Source of the DNA: Shigella phage JK32
Length of the DNA stretch: 64,000 nucleotides
Direction: 5' to 3' (one strand)
Sequence record: MK962753.1
Each line of letters opens with the position of its first letter. Position 1 is the first letter of the stretch. Positions 34,258 to 45,700 of this stretch are shown here, in pieces. The position numbers and the translations under genes are program-made. Under the pieces are notes generated by a model. That model was given only the letters and a program-made list of their open reading frames with translations. It was not told the DNA's origin and searched no databases.

Positions 34258-34520
34258 GCCTCCGTGATCAGTTCTACTTCCTCTTTATCGTCTTCCACTG
34301 CTTCGTCTTTAGGGAGAAGTGCTTTTACTTCTTCGACAATAGCATCAAGGGAAACAGTGCCGTTTTCGTCTGGCTGAATACCCAGAATGCGTACCAGTTC
34401 CATCAATACACGCTCACGATCTTTCAGTTGGCCTTCTAAGAATGCGGCCTTTTCTTGAGTGTCAAACAGACGTACTTTCAGGACATTAATCATTTGTTCA
34501 TGCTGATTGGACATATTCAC
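34254..34520 (-). CDS. 57A: Tail fibre assembly chaperone gp57A
   Basis: 88 aa acidic coiled-coil protein; position before gene 1. Confidence 0.65.
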   Translation of the reverse strand: MNMSNQHEQMINVLKVRLFDTQEKAAFLEGQLKDRERVLMELVRILGIQPDENGTVSLDAIVEEVKALLPKDEAVEDDKEEVELITEA

Positions 34521-34546
34521 ATCTCCTACTTGTTGATAACTTTTTA

Positions 34547-35203
34547 TTAAATGTTCGCGAGAATCGCGCTTTCAAATTCTTCTAATGTACCATTATTTAT
34601 GATAATGGTTTCACCGTCAATAGGCAAAATTCCTTTTTCGGTGGAGTGAGTCGATACAATACCAGTATCACGCTGAATATGCAACACCTTAGCACCCATA
34701 GCACGCACGAGAGCAATTTCAATAGGCTGACGCACATCAACCACTACAAAATAACCTTCTTCATTTTTGCGCTTCATAAACTCATTCACGAAGAGATTAC
34801 ACCAATAAAGCGGATTGATCAAGTTAACCATTATATCAGTACCGAGAGTGGTTAACATGAGACGAATAGACCAGACGTTATTATGTTTTTCGCCGATCTC
34901 ATTAACAACCTTGTAAATCTCAGCCAGACGATCACAAGTAAAGGAACTACCGCCATACTTCGAATCTAGCATAAGCAGACACTGAATAAACCACTTATGC
35001 GCGGTATAGGTATCAATACCTAGATCGGCTTCTCTGTCACGCCCTAACCCGTCAAAGTCAAGATAAGTCAGACCTAAGTCTGGTTGACATTCGCACAATA
35101 TTTCTTTGATCGGTGCTGCCAGTTGATAACTATGTCCATCAATGATTAACGCGGCAGTGTCTTTTCCTACTCGCTTTTTACCACAAAGTGCAATCAATTT
35201 CAT
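34547..35203 (-). CDS. 1: Deoxynucleoside monophosphate kinase
   Basis: P-loop CGKKRVGKDT; collinear with recalled T4 gp1; synteny. Confidence 0.85.
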   Translation of the reverse strand: MKLIALCGKKRVGKDTAALIIDGHSYQLAAPIKEILCECQPDLGLTYLDFDGLGRDREADLGIDTYTAHKWFIQCLLMLDSKYGGSSFTCDRLAEIYKVVNEIGEKHNNVWSIRLMLTTLGTDIMVNLINPLYWCNLFVNEFMKRKNEEGYFVVVDVRQPIEIALVRAMGAKVLHIQRDTGIVSTHSTEKGILPIDGETIIINNGTLEEFESAILANI

Positions 35204-35218
35204 TATATAAGCCTCTTA

Positions 35219-35809
35219 TTACTTTCTAAAAGCAGGGTGCATAGCTTTAATACCTTCCACTCGCTGACGATCCGCCGCCTGAATTGCAGGGCGAGGAACG
35301 ATCAGTTGACCATCACGTTCAATGCTCATTGTTTTAAATGGAAGAATTGCAGTACATACCAGAGATTCATGCATATCATCGGTGTATGTTAACTCAAGTT
35401 CCCCCAATTGTGAACACCAACAACCATAAAAGTTAAAGGTGCATACAATATTGCGGCGTTCATTGTCCATCATGTGAACTTGAACGGCTTCCGGCATTGA
35501 ATCCTTCCACGCAGTGGAGTTACCGTTATTGTAGTCTACTATAGAAAGCATCCATGTGTAAAGGTTTAGATAGCTTTCCAAATGCTCATCAACGATAAAC
35601 CGGACTACCAACGGGTCAAACTCTACATGACTAGACGGATAATCAGCAACCGCCAAACCATATTGACCAGCAACTTGCTTAGTCGGTGGAATGGTTATAG
35701 CCGGAAGTGTAACACCTTGACAGTTTAAAGTAAAGCCTTTTGTTAGTTGACCATCTGGAATGGCAATCTGCCAGTTGCTAGGGTTAGCATAGTTAAAGAG
35801 ATTAGACAT
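35219..35809 (-). CDS. 3: Tail completion / sheath stabiliser protein gp3 (by synteny)
   Basis: Located between gene 1 and gene 2 as in T4; 196 aa. Confidence 0.65.
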   Translation of the reverse strand: MSNLFNYANPSNWQIAIPDGQLTKGFTLNCQGVTLPAITIPPTKQVAGQYGLAVADYPSSHVEFDPLVVRFIVDEHLESYLNLYTWMLSIVDYNNGNSTAWKDSMPEAVQVHMMDNERRNIVCTFNFYGCWCSQLGELELTYTDDMHESLVCTAILPFKTMSIERDGQLIVPRPAIQAADRQRVEGIKAMHPAFRK

Positions 35810-35999
35810 TACTGATTCCTCAAATGAAAATATTTATTAACAATTGTCGCTTTGCGACGTGCCGGAGGCACTGACTACTTTTTAACCGAAACAAATTTTT
35901 TATTATTCTAAAGATCTTTCTTCGTTTTGGTTATGTTTTAACCAATAACTATATTTTTATACAGTAATAAATAAAACGGGTACTATACGAGGACTTCTT

Positions 36000-36254
36000 A
36001 TGACAGAAGACATTTTGTTAAAACTCTATGATCGTTTGGATAACGAATTAGCAACATTGCGGGGTGAAGTTCTCTATTTGTCTAAATGCAATACAGATCT
36101 GCTTAAGCAGATTGCAGAAAGGGATGATCAAATAAAATCCCTTTCTGGTGCATTACGTGATCGCGACAAGGCATTAGAGATTTTACAGCGTGTTACCAAT
36201 AAGGAAGAATTAAAAGACTTCTTACATGGTTATGCTCATGCTATCGATCTATAA
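36000..36254 (+). CDS. Hypothetical coiled-coil protein inserted between genes 3 and 2
   Basis: ATG preceded by GAGGA; 84 aa alpha-helical; opposite strand to neighbours. Confidence 0.45.
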   Translation: MTEDILLKLYDRLDNELATLRGEVLYLSKCNTDLLKQIAERDDQIKSLSGALRDRDKALEILQRVTNKEELKDFLHGYAHAIDL

Positions 36255-36255
36255 T

Positions 36256-36283
36256 AAAAAAGCCCGTCATTGACGGGCTTAAT
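36256..36283. terminator. Bidirectional hairpin terminator between convergent genes
   Basis: aaaaaagcccgtcattgacgggctt. Confidence 0.55.
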
Positions 36284-36293
36284 TGTATGTAGT

Positions 36294-37121
36294 TTAAAAC
36301 AGTTTCCAGACTTTTCGAGCGTCGTATTTCTTGCCTTTTGACATAAACTGATAAACGGGCATCATTATGATATTGTGCCAGTCCTTCGGGGCGATCTCGA
36401 TCATCTTGGTTTGGATGTGTCCTGGTAAGTATGCTTTAATCATGTGGTCGCTTCCACGCATACCTTTTACATCGCTCCATTTGATTTTTAAGCGCGTTTT
36501 ATTGCTTAGGGTAGGTGTAGTAGCATATTGCTTTAAAAGTGCCTCTAAGAACTGTTGACGAGCTTTAGGTGGGGCATAGTGCAAGTTCAAGCCTAGCATA
36601 ATCGTATTACCCGCTTTACTCTTCCCTTCCCCTAGACAGATAATCAAAGGAAATCGATCGTAGAAAGGCAAAGAATCCTTATATTTTGGGTCATATGCAT
36701 AGGTATAGATCCGACCTACTTGTGGTTTTACTACCTGATGGCCTTTTACTCCCGCCTTAATAGTCTTCATAAACCATTCTTGCGATTTCTCTTTAGGCCG
36801 ACTCACTTTAGCCGTTTTGGTAAGAGACGCACGAAAATCATTAATAAGCATCATTGCTCGTTGTTGCTTGTTTAATCCTTTTGGGCTTTTACCCTTTAAC
36901 CGTGCAATCTCAATTGCTTGTTTAATCTCTCCTGAATAACGAGACATACTCTTAGTGAATGTTGTATAGGGTATTCCTTTTTCTTGAGCAAAGGCTTTAG
37001 CTGTCATGCCTTTGGCTTTTGCTTTAGAGAACTCTACGCCCAGATCAATCCACTGTTTAGCCTTTCTTTGTTGTGGCGTTTGCTTAACGTCTTCTTCTGT
37101 GATTATTTCAAATACGCTCAT
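36294..37121 (-). CDS. 2: DNA end protector protein gp2
   Basis: 275 aa vs T4 gp2 274 aa; synteny. Confidence 0.8.
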   Translation of the reverse strand: MSVFEIITEEDVKQTPQQRKAKQWIDLGVEFSKAKAKGMTAKAFAQEKGIPYTTFTKSMSRYSGEIKQAIEIARLKGKSPKGLNKQQRAMMLINDFRASLTKTAKVSRPKEKSQEWFMKTIKAGVKGHQVVKPQVGRIYTYAYDPKYKDSLPFYDRFPLIICLGEGKSKAGNTIMLGLNLHYAPPKARQQFLEALLKQYATTPTLSNKTRLKIKWSDVKGMRGSDHMIKAYLPGHIQTKMIEIAPKDWHNIIMMPVYQFMSKGKKYDARKVWKLF

Positions 37122-37132
37122 AATATTATCCT

Positions 37133-37609
37133 CTATTTGTTAAGCCCTTTAAAACCGAATACTTTCTTTAATGCATGTTCGGTTATGATCTTAAACTCCA
37201 TGTTATGCTTTTGGCATAAATCAACCGCAGCTTTCCATTTTTCTGTGTTCACTGTGTAGGTGTAACACTCTTGCATATATCTTTGCTTAGTCTTAGTGGT
37301 TATTCTTTTTGGCTTTTGTGGTGGTATTGTCTCTTTTGCTGGTTTTACTTCCCATAAAAACTCTTTGCCATCTACAAACTTCACCCAAAAATCCATATGA
37401 TATTTTCTGGATCGTTTATCTGCGCTAGACCAGTAAGGTATAATCACACATTCAGAGTTCCATTTAGCCACGCTAGGACTACGATCCAAAAATTTCATTA
37501 TGTGCAACTCCCAGCTTGACCGATACGTGATCTTGTGCAAGTTATTCCCTTTGTACTTCTCAGGATTTTCCGGCTTATACTTGCCCTTGTAAGTGTTAGA
37601 TCCTCCCAT
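37133..37609 (-). CDS. 4: Head completion protein gp4 (nuclease-like fold)
   Basis: YKGKYKPENPEKYKGN...RSSWEL...MDFWVKF...EVKP pattern as in recalled T4 gp4; synteny. Confidence 0.8.
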   Translation of the reverse strand: MGGSNTYKGKYKPENPEKYKGNNLHKITYRSSWELHIMKFLDRSPSVAKWNSECVIIPYWSSADKRSRKYHMDFWVKFVDGKEFLWEVKPAKETIPPQKPKRITTKTKQRYMQECYTYTVNTEKWKAAVDLCQKHNMEFKIITEHALKKVFGFKGLNK

Positions 37610-37624
37610 TTTAGCACCCTTTAT

Positions 37625-37632
37625 TATAAATA
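37625..37632 (+). promoter_or_regulatory. T4-type late promoter TATAAATA upstream of gene 53
   Basis: Exact TATAAATA 33 nt before ATG of gene 53. Confidence 0.6.
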
Positions 37633-37664
37633 CATAATACTATTTATCAATTGAGGGTGCTAAA

Positions 37665-38219
37665 ATGCTCTTTTCTTTCTTCCCTGCCATTGAATACAAC
37701 GGCAAGATGATTACTGACATTGTGCGCAATTACCGCGCATATTTCAATGCAATAATTTCTGATTATAACATACAAACATATTACATTCAAGGTAGTCCAC
37801 GACCGGAACAAGTTGCATATGAAGTATACGGAAACCAACAACTTTACTGGATCTTGCTGATGCTTAATGACGTATACGATCCGTTCCATGACTGGATCAC
37901 CGATCAAGAGACAGCATATGAATCAGCCGAACAACGATATGCAAATGTAGGAGGAAATCAAGTATTATACCACGTTGATATTGACGGAAACAAGTATTGG
38001 AATCTTACCGAATATCCGAAAGGATCAAGCAATTGGTATGATAAAGGGGATATTCATCACCGTTATTTGCAGTTTCAGGGTGCATTATCGGCAGTAGACA
38101 CACTGGAAGATGCGATCCTCCGTAATGAGGAACGACGCAAGATCAAGATCATAGATCCTACACAAATTAAACAATTTATTAACGCATTCATTCGAGAAAT
38201 GGAAAAGGCTGATGTGTAA
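37665..38219 (+). CDS. 53: Baseplate wedge protein gp53
   Basis: MLFSFFPAIEY...YYIQGSPRPEQ...QLYWILLMLNDVYDP collinear with recalled T4 gp53. Confidence 0.9.
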   Translation: MLFSFFPAIEYNGKMITDIVRNYRAYFNAIISDYNIQTYYIQGSPRPEQVAYEVYGNQQLYWILLMLNDVYDPFHDWITDQETAYESAEQRYANVGGNQVLYHVDIDGNKYWNLTEYPKGSSNWYDKGDIHHRYLQFQGALSAVDTLEDAILRNEERRKIKIIDPTQIKQFINAFIREMEKADV

Positions 38220-38230
38220 GGTGATTAATT

Positions 38231-40030
38231 ATGCTAATGTTTAATAACTCCGTTAAATGGTTTACCGGAATTGTAGAAAACAGGGAAGACCCATTAATGC
38301 TGGGGCGCGTTCAGGTTAGGATTCATGGTATACATCCTTCGCTATCCGCACATGGTGACATTCAAGGTCTTCCAACCGAAGATCTATTATGGATCACGCC
38401 AGTACAAGATATTACAAGCGCGGCGATCTCCGGTATAGGTCAAAGCCCTACTGGTATTGTTGAAGGTTCAATGGTATTTGGTTTGGCTTTAGATGAACGT
38501 TATTTAAACTGCGTTATTCTGGGTACTATTGCCGGACAATATACAGAGAAACCACTCACTACAGAGGGTTTTTGCGACCCTTCTGGTGCATATCCTCGTT
38601 ATATTGGTAATGATGTTAATATTCTTGCTCGTGGCGGTATTAACCCAGAAACCGGACAAACAACAAAACCTGATAGTGTCTATATTCGAGATGAAAACAC
38701 TGGAGTTGCAGTAAATCCAGACGACGAGCCATTAGACCAAATTCCGGTTGATGATAATCCTGATTTTACAATAGAAAAAATGCTGCGGGGCGATGAGGGA
38801 TATCGCGAGAAATGGTATCTTGATTCAGAAGGATATCCGACAATAGGCATCGGGCATTTGATCATTTATAAGAAAACCAGTGATCTTGGTATTATCAATA
38901 ATGAACTTTCTAAGCTGGTAGGGCGTGAAGTTACAAACGGAAGACTTACCGCCGAAGAAGTTAGTAAAGTATTTGCCGACGATATAGAAAAGACTCGTCG
39001 TGATATGCGCAAACATCCACGAATTGCACCTGTCTATAATAAATGTAATGCCTCACGTCGTATGGCATTAGAAAATATGGCGTTTCAAATGGGTGTTGGT
39101 GGATTGGGTAAATTTAAGAATAGTCTTGCTGCGATGTTAGCGGAAGAATGGAAACAAGCCTATGATGGATTACGTCAATCGGTATGGGCTAACCAAACTC
39201 CAGGACGCTCCAGTCGTGTTTCTAAAATTATTTTAACTGGTAACTTAGAATCATATGGCGTAATTGCTCCAAAGAAAGAGGAATCAATTTCGGATGATCC
39301 GCGAGCACGTTTAAGAAATGCCCGTATTGCTGCCTATAAGACGCAGAGAGCAGAAGAAGACCCAGAAGCACCGTTTACCCCACAAGACACACGAATCATG
39401 TTTAAAGAGCCTAAGAGTTCGTATTCTGCGAGGTATCCTTATAACCATGTGTACGAGTCAGAGAGCGGTCATATTATCGAGATTGATGATACTCCTTCTC
39501 ATGAGCGATATCATCGTAAACATCCTTCTGGTACATTTGAAGAAACCAGACCGGACGGAACGAGGGTAGAAAAGATTGAAGGCGATGATTATCTGATCGT
39601 TAAACAAGGCCGGAAAGTAAACGTTAAAGGCAATCTGCAAGTTGTTGTTGAAGGTGACGCGCAAGTTTATTATATGGGTAATGTGATGCAAACCGTTGAT
39701 GGTAACGTCACTGAATTTATTCGTGGCAATGTTAATCAGACCGTTGAAGGTACTGCTAACATGCATGTTGTCGGTGATGTTATCGCACAGCTTGACGCTA
39801 ATTTGACGGCTAATGTCAAAGGTAATGCTGAATTAATGATCGAGGGTAACACTACAGAGACAATTAAAGGTAACTATGATTTAACCGTTGAGGGTAATTT
39901 TAATATGACCGTCAATGGCACTAAATCAGATCAGGTTAATGGTGACTGGTCCCGTAATTGTGGTGCAAGCGTTAAAGATATTGCATCTGGTACAGTTAAA
40001 ATTGATGGTAGCCGTATTGATCTTGGGTGA
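38231..40030 (+). CDS. 5: Baseplate hub and tail lysozyme gp5
   Basis: OB-fold N-terminus, lysozyme core DEGYREKWYLDSEGYPTIGIGH, C-terminal VxGxxxx beta-helix repeats. Confidence 0.9.
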   Translation: MLMFNNSVKWFTGIVENREDPLMLGRVQVRIHGIHPSLSAHGDIQGLPTEDLLWITPVQDITSAAISGIGQSPTGIVEGSMVFGLALDERYLNCVILGTIAGQYTEKPLTTEGFCDPSGAYPRYIGNDVNILARGGINPETGQTTKPDSVYIRDENTGVAVNPDDEPLDQIPVDDNPDFTIEKMLRGDEGYREKWYLDSEGYPTIGIGHLIIYKKTSDLGIINNELSKLVGREVTNGRLTAEEVSKVFADDIEKTRRDMRKHPRIAPVYNKCNASRRMALENMAFQMGVGGLGKFKNSLAAMLAEEWKQAYDGLRQSVWANQTPGRSSRVSKIILTGNLESYGVIAPKKEESISDDPRARLRNARIAAYKTQRAEEDPEAPFTPQDTRIMFKEPKSSYSARYPYNHVYESESGHIIEIDDTPSHERYHRKHPSGTFEETRPDGTRVEKIEGDDYLIVKQGRKVNVKGNLQVVVEGDAQVYYMGNVMQTVDGNVTEFIRGNVNQTVEGTANMHVVGDVIAQLDANLTANVKGNAELMIEGNTTETIKGNYDLTVEGNFNMTVNGTKSDQVNGDWSRNCGASVKDIASGTVKIDGSRIDLG

Positions 40031-40038
40031 GGTAACTA

Positions 40039-40605
40039 ATGGTTGAAATTCTTCCGATGAGTTCAAAATTGGAGGATATCAGCGAGCGAGAAATCTTTGA
40101 GGTGGTGTTCTCTTATAAAGCAACGCCACCGGATGCAAATACCACATACACGATTAAAGAGTTTAAGATCAGCGAGTATCGCCCTAATAAGGGCGTTACC
40201 GTTGAAGAAACTAAAATATCTGGTGAGTATCTGGATAGTTTTTCGCTTGGCGCGGATTCTCTTAAATATATAACGAAAGATCGAATTAAAAAATCTGCCG
40301 GAAGTTTTGATGATTTACCAGATCCAACTACCGCAGATCTATATTATTTTAACGCTCCTACACGTCTACAGGAGGTTTATACTTATAAAGTAACCCTAAC
40401 CTATATCCAATCTGTTTCAGAGTCTTCTGGTGGTTCCGGTGAAGGAAATAGTGGTGGTTCCAATAGCCGAGAGGGTGCTGGTGAAACTAATCCGCCTCCG
40501 GTAGTAACCGAGCACACAATAGAGAAAGTTTATACTCAAACCGTTTTTGGAAATTGGGACGTGTGGGCGCAGCAACTAAGAGATTATGTACATAGGGGTG
40601 TTTAA
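40039..40605 (+). CDS. 5.1: Baseplate-associated protein gp5.1 (by position)
   Basis: Position between 5 and 5.4; 188 aa. Confidence 0.6.
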   Translation: MVEILPMSSKLEDISEREIFEVVFSYKATPPDANTTYTIKEFKISEYRPNKGVTVEETKISGEYLDSFSLGADSLKYITKDRIKKSAGSFDDLPDPTTADLYYFNAPTRLQEVYTYKVTLTYIQSVSESSGGSGEGNSGGSNSREGAGETNPPPVVTEHTIEKVYTQTVFGNWDVWAQQLRDYVHRGV

Positions 40606-40898
40606 TGGCTGGATTATCCTACGATAAAGCTAAAACTACAGGGCACGGAAACTACCAACCTACGGTAATTAATGCAACTCAATCTAAGGTATTTGTTGAG
40701 GGTATCCCTGTATTAGTCGAAGGAGACCCAATTACACCACACACAAAAACAACAAAGCCTTATGATACACACGGGGGAACTACGGTCGCCAGTACCCCGA
40801 AAGTATTTGTTACCGGAAAGAAAGCAATTCAAATGGCAGATCGTATTAGCTGTGGCGATACCGTCGCTATGGCATCACCGAAGGTATTCATAAAATGA
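40605..40898 (+). CDS. 5.4: PAAR-repeat spike tip protein gp5.4
   Basis: 97 aa; Pro/Thr/Gly-rich beta pattern; same size and position as T4 gp5.4. Confidence 0.75.
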   Translation: MAGLSYDKAKTTGHGNYQPTVINATQSKVFVEGIPVLVEGDPITPHTKTTKPYDTHGGTTVASTPKVFVTGKKAIQMADRISCGDTVAMASPKVFIK

Positions 40899-42799
40899 CA
40901 AAGCAAAAGATTACACAAATTCCTGATATTTTTAATGCTGCTACATTCGATGAAATTAAAAGCGCATTAACAGACTGGATGAGAAACCAGGAAGAATTTA
41001 AAGATTTTGATTTTAATGGTGCTGGTATTAACGTATTGATGGACTTGCTCGCATATAATACCCTTTATATTCAGCAATTTGCCAACGCCGCGCTATATGA
41101 ATCTTTTATCAGAACGGCAATTAAGCGTAGTTCAGTTGTTCAAGCCGCGCAAGATTTAGGATATTTGCCAGCAAGTAAAACTAGTGCATCAACTACAATT
41201 ATGTTGCACGTATCACATCCGCGAAATCCGGCAAGTATTCGAATCCCACGAGGAACTAAATTTATTGCAAGTGTGGATCGTCAGACTTCTTACCCATTTG
41301 TTACTACAGAAGACGTTGTGAGCGTTTTAGGTTCAAATGGTTTATATACGCCTATGTTAAAAGTTGCACAAGGTCGTATTGTTAGAACAGAAATGTTATT
41401 TGATCCGAAGAAACAAATTCTGATCCGTGATCCTGATATTGACCGCGCTCAGGTTAAATTGTGGGTGGATGGTGCTGAATGGAAAGACTGGACGCGAGAA
41501 AGTATTGTTAATGCAACTGGCGCTAGTAATATTTTCTATATGCGTGAAACCGTAGACGGTCATACAGAAATCTTCTTTGGTGAAGGTGAATCAACTTTAT
41601 CTGCTGCTGGCGGTGCACTGGAAGCAAATTATATTGGTGGACTTAAGCCGTCAACTGGTGCTAATATCGTTATCGAATATATTAGCACTAAAGGCGCGGA
41701 AGCTAACGGATCTGTCAATTTCACATACGCGGATACCCTTGCATCTATCTCTATTGTTAAAATTATTGAGAATCCGACAAATGACCGTGATTATGTAGGT
41801 GCTGATGGTGGCGGTGATCCTGAATCAATCGAACGTATTCGTGAACTTGCTCCGGTAATGCGTGAATCTCAGCGTCGTTGTGTAACTGCTTCCGACTATG
41901 AGGCTTTTGTTTCCAGCCGATTTGGTAGTATTGTTCAGGCGGTACAATGTTTCACCGATCGAGAAAAACCAGGTTATGCTTTTGTTGCTGTTAAGCCTAA
42001 ATCTGGCTTGCGCTTGACAACTGTTCAAAAAGAAGATATGCGGGATTATCTGGCAAAATATAATCTTGCTCCTATCACGCCGAGCATCATTGACCCTAAC
42101 TATCTGTATATTAAACAGAATATTAAAGTTTCCTATTCAATCAATGACTTGTCAGAATCAGAGCAGTGGTTGCGCGGTGCGGTTATTGATCAGATTGATG
42201 CATATTATACCGACGAAGTGGAAATTTTTAACCAGACCTTTAGTAAGTCTAAAATGCTTGCGCGTATTGACAAAGCTGATGTATCTGTGATAGGTTCTAG
42301 TGCAGAAATCGAGATGGTTCGAGAGATCGACAACTTCTATAAAGCACCGATGGCGGGAATCAAGTTTTTAAACCAGTATAAGAGCGGAATCAAGTCTAGT
42401 TCATTCAACTTCGAAAAGGACGACAAGCAATATCCGATCCATTATGTAAGTACAGAAATGAACAAAGAATCCGGTTTAGCTAAATTGCTGGTTGGACCTT
42501 TCCCCGTTGGTTCTACAATCGCTTTACCGCATTATTCCGGCACTGATTTTGATAAAGAGGTTATCGACGGTGCGGACCTATACTTTGAGGTTGGAGAGGT
42601 TCAGCATTATGAAGACCTTATTTCATGGGATCTGGGTAAACTGAATATCAATAGCGATCGCTTTACTGGTTCATATATTGAGTTGACAGCTAAACCGATT
42701 GCTGATAACATCTTTACTAAAGACGGTTCTTTGATCGTGTTTGAAAACGATCTCCGTCCTCAGTACACAACTATTAGTCTGGAGGCAATTGCTCAATGA
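40895..42799 (+). CDS. 6: Baseplate wedge protein gp6
   Basis: Collinear with recalled T4 gp6 ([28 protein letters not shown]). Confidence 0.9.
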   Translation: MTKQKITQIPDIFNAATFDEIKSALTDWMRNQEEFKDFDFNGAGINVLMDLLAYNTLYIQQFANAALYESFIRTAIKRSSVVQAAQDLGYLPASKTSASTTIMLHVSHPRNPASIRIPRGTKFIASVDRQTSYPFVTTEDVVSVLGSNGLYTPMLKVAQGRIVRTEMLFDPKKQILIRDPDIDRAQVKLWVDGAEWKDWTRESIVNATGASNIFYMRETVDGHTEIFFGEGESTLSAAGGALEANYIGGLKPSTGANIVIEYISTKGAEANGSVNFTYADTLASISIVKIIENPTNDRDYVGADGGGDPESIERIRELAPVMRESQRRCVTASDYEAFVSSRFGSIVQAVQCFTDREKPGYAFVAVKPKSGLRLTTVQKEDMRDYLAKYNLAPITPSIIDPNYLYIKQNIKVSYSINDLSESEQWLRGAVIDQIDAYYTDEVEIFNQTFSKSKMLARIDKADVSVIGSSAEIEMVREIDNFYKAPMAGIKFLNQYKSGIKSSSFNFEKDDKQYPIHYVSTEMNKESGLAKLLVGPFPVGSTIALPHYSGTDFDKEVIDGADLYFEVGEVQHYEDLISWDLGKLNINSDRFTGSYIELTAKPIADNIFTKDGSLIVFENDLRPQYTTISLEAIAQ

Positions 42800-45700
42800 T
42801 TAAAGCGCCTAGTGTAACTAGCTTGACAATAGAAAAATTGTCTGCTAATCAGGCGTATATCACATGGGATGACGTAGGCGAAAACTTCTTTTATTTTGTG
42901 GAGTTAGCCGAAACCAGGACACGAGACGGGGAGATCATCCCCGTCGATGAGTTAAGCTGGGTAAACCTGGGATATACTGCCGATCAAAACTGGTTTGAGG
43001 ACAAAAACCTTTTTCCAGAATATTATTACAAGTTTCGTGTAGCAGTAGCCGCAGAAGGATTTGAACAAAGTAAATGGATTGAAACAGAAGAGTTTCAGAC
43101 ATTTAAAACAAACGCATATAATTTTTCTATGATGCGAGAGTTCAACCTTGCAAACGAGTTTATAAAGGAAAAATTTACATACGATAATAGAGAGTATGTA
43201 AAGTTTAATACCGACCTGATTCAAGCATCATTGATGAAGGAAGATTTTGTCTTTAGTCCTGAATATGCAAACATGACAAATATCTCAAACTACATTGTAG
43301 TTGATGAGAACTTTCATGAAATACAGGACCACATAGAAAAAGTCTGTACGGACATAAACCGCACAATGTTAGCGGAAATGAACGGTGTTTTGTACCTTTT
43401 CGAACGGTTCCAGCCGATCGTGAAAGTGTCAAATGATAAAGGTCAATCATGGAAAGCATACAAGGCTTTTAATGATCGTGTAGGCAATCCGGTTTCCCGT
43501 ACATGCGTTTATCAGTCTAAAACCACTACTTACGTTTTAGGATATGACCGAATCTTTTACGGACGACAAGCGAGCGATACTCGATGGAGCGCGGACGATG
43601 TTCGATTTAGTGATGATACGATCACTTTTGCAAAGGTCGGTGACGAAAACGATTTAGGCTTTGACGTTGAGGTCTTTGGTGTATTTTCCAGATTAACAGG
43701 TGATACCACAAAATACGCCGAAGCTATGGCGTGTAGTGATGACTATTTGTGGGTTGGTGCTAAAGATGTTATTCGCCGGATTCGTCTTAAGAATACTCCT
43801 GTTGATACCGTACAGGGTTCGCCTACGTTTGGAGAAAAAATATTCGATCCTGATGTTATCCGAGTAACAGGAAATGATAAAGCTGTCATTCAGAAAATGG
43901 ATGTGATCGACGGTAAATTGCTTGTATTTGTTACGGGTGAAGTTAAACAGCGTTATCAAGATCCAACTAAACCAGAAAACGTTGTTCCGTCAGATGATGC
44001 GGGTGTATACTTAATAGGGAGTGATGGTCTGTCTTTTCAGAGAGTATTTGGCAACACTCCGCAGGAAAGGGAATATATTCAGCATGGGTTCAGTAATATG
44101 TCAACCAATGGTGATGAGGTGTTCATAAGCCATTATAATCATCACTTCGAAAGCATTTTACCTGATCCAGAAACTGCCGAGAAATATGAATTGGGCGAAG
44201 CTGTAAAATATTCTCAGGAGCCAACTTATCTAACTGATAAGAAAATACATCAAACTACTTTCAGAGCAAGTTATGATGATTTGCGTATTTGGGAGTTAGG
44301 ACCGCAAGCGTATTATAACGAGGCTGATTATACATGGATGCGTCGAAACGGTGTCCGTGTGTGGATCACAAATGATAATCGCCCGTTGGTTGTTTATCCA
44401 GAGGTTATCTATACTCAAGAAGTTGATACGTCTGGCATTCTTGACCAAAATAGGGTCAACCGAGAAGTTTATGATAAAGGGACCGTGACCTGTTATCTTA
44501 ACAATGTTAAATTTGAAGGATTCAAACAATATGCATCCGGTGTAATGTTCCATAAAAACACGGGAGAGATCATAGGATTCTATCAATTTAATTATCGTGT
44601 TCGTGATCAGGTTGGTGTATATTGGAAACCTACAAATGTAGCATTTGTTGCCGAATTGCAAAATCAGGTTCGAGAGGTTCCCTGGGTTCCGGTTCACTAC
44701 GATCGAGAGCAAGATCCAGATTTGCGACCTTTACTGAATAAGATGACACCGGATAGCTTTTTACTTGAGAACGAAAATTTCAGAAAATTCTCTGAATATT
44801 ATCTGCAATTCTTAAGTGATGGTTCAGGAACATATTATAATAAACTAAAAAATCTGATTAAAAACAAATATCCACGCGAGCAAGATGCATATGAGTATCT
44901 TTGGTCAGAGATGAACAAACGAAACATCTATGCAGATAAAAACAAGCGAGATGCGGTAGTAAGATTCTTTGAATCCCGCAAATCAGATTTTTATTCCACT
45001 AAGGGCGTGGAGGCTTCTTATAAGTTCTTGTTTAAGTTACTTTATAATGAAGATGTGGAAATTGAGGTTGAATCACAAGCCGGACTAGAGTATGATATTG
45101 TTGTTAGTTCAACGAACATTGACGAGGATATCGTAGGTCGCACGATTTATACTCCAACCGGACGGGCTAACGTGACGTATCTTGAAAGGGAATATGAAGG
45201 TGGTCGCCTACGCTGGCGAGTAACCATTCATAACCTGATCGGGCGGTTCGAAGAAGGTCAAGTGATCAAATCAGAGAAAACAGCGTTTGAAGGGATGATC
45301 CTTGTTGGTGTACGTGGTAAAGAGTTGTTGAGTAGTTCAATCGACTATATCAACCGCTCACGAAGCCAATACACCATGAAGATTAAAAGTGCATTGCCAG
45401 TTTCGCGCTATGCAAATGATGTAATGCGATTTGTTCATCCTGTCGGCTTTGGGTTTATCGGTGTTACCCTGCTTACGATGTTCATTAACAGCGGGTTAAG
45501 CATGAAACACACAGAGACGATAATTCAATCTCTGAAAAATTATAAGTTTGACAGCGGATTGCCTAGCGTGTATCCTGATCGGGTGGCAGACCTTGACGTT
45601 GACGGAAACATTAAGAAAGACCCGCTTACCGGAAAAGCATTATATTTGACTTCACCTTTAATTGGTGATGAATTTCCGGTTCCTCCTGAATATGATCAGG

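Noticed and set aside
35843-35973. Late promoters upstream of gene 3 and of the plus-strand ORF 36000
   Set aside because: Both are AATAAATA (one mismatch from TATAAATA); left as speculation and not annotated as features.
37610-37664. Minus-strand late promoter for genes 4 and 2
   Set aside because: No exact TATAAATA on the minus strand of the short 4/53 intergenic region; only the plus-strand copy for gene 53 is exact.
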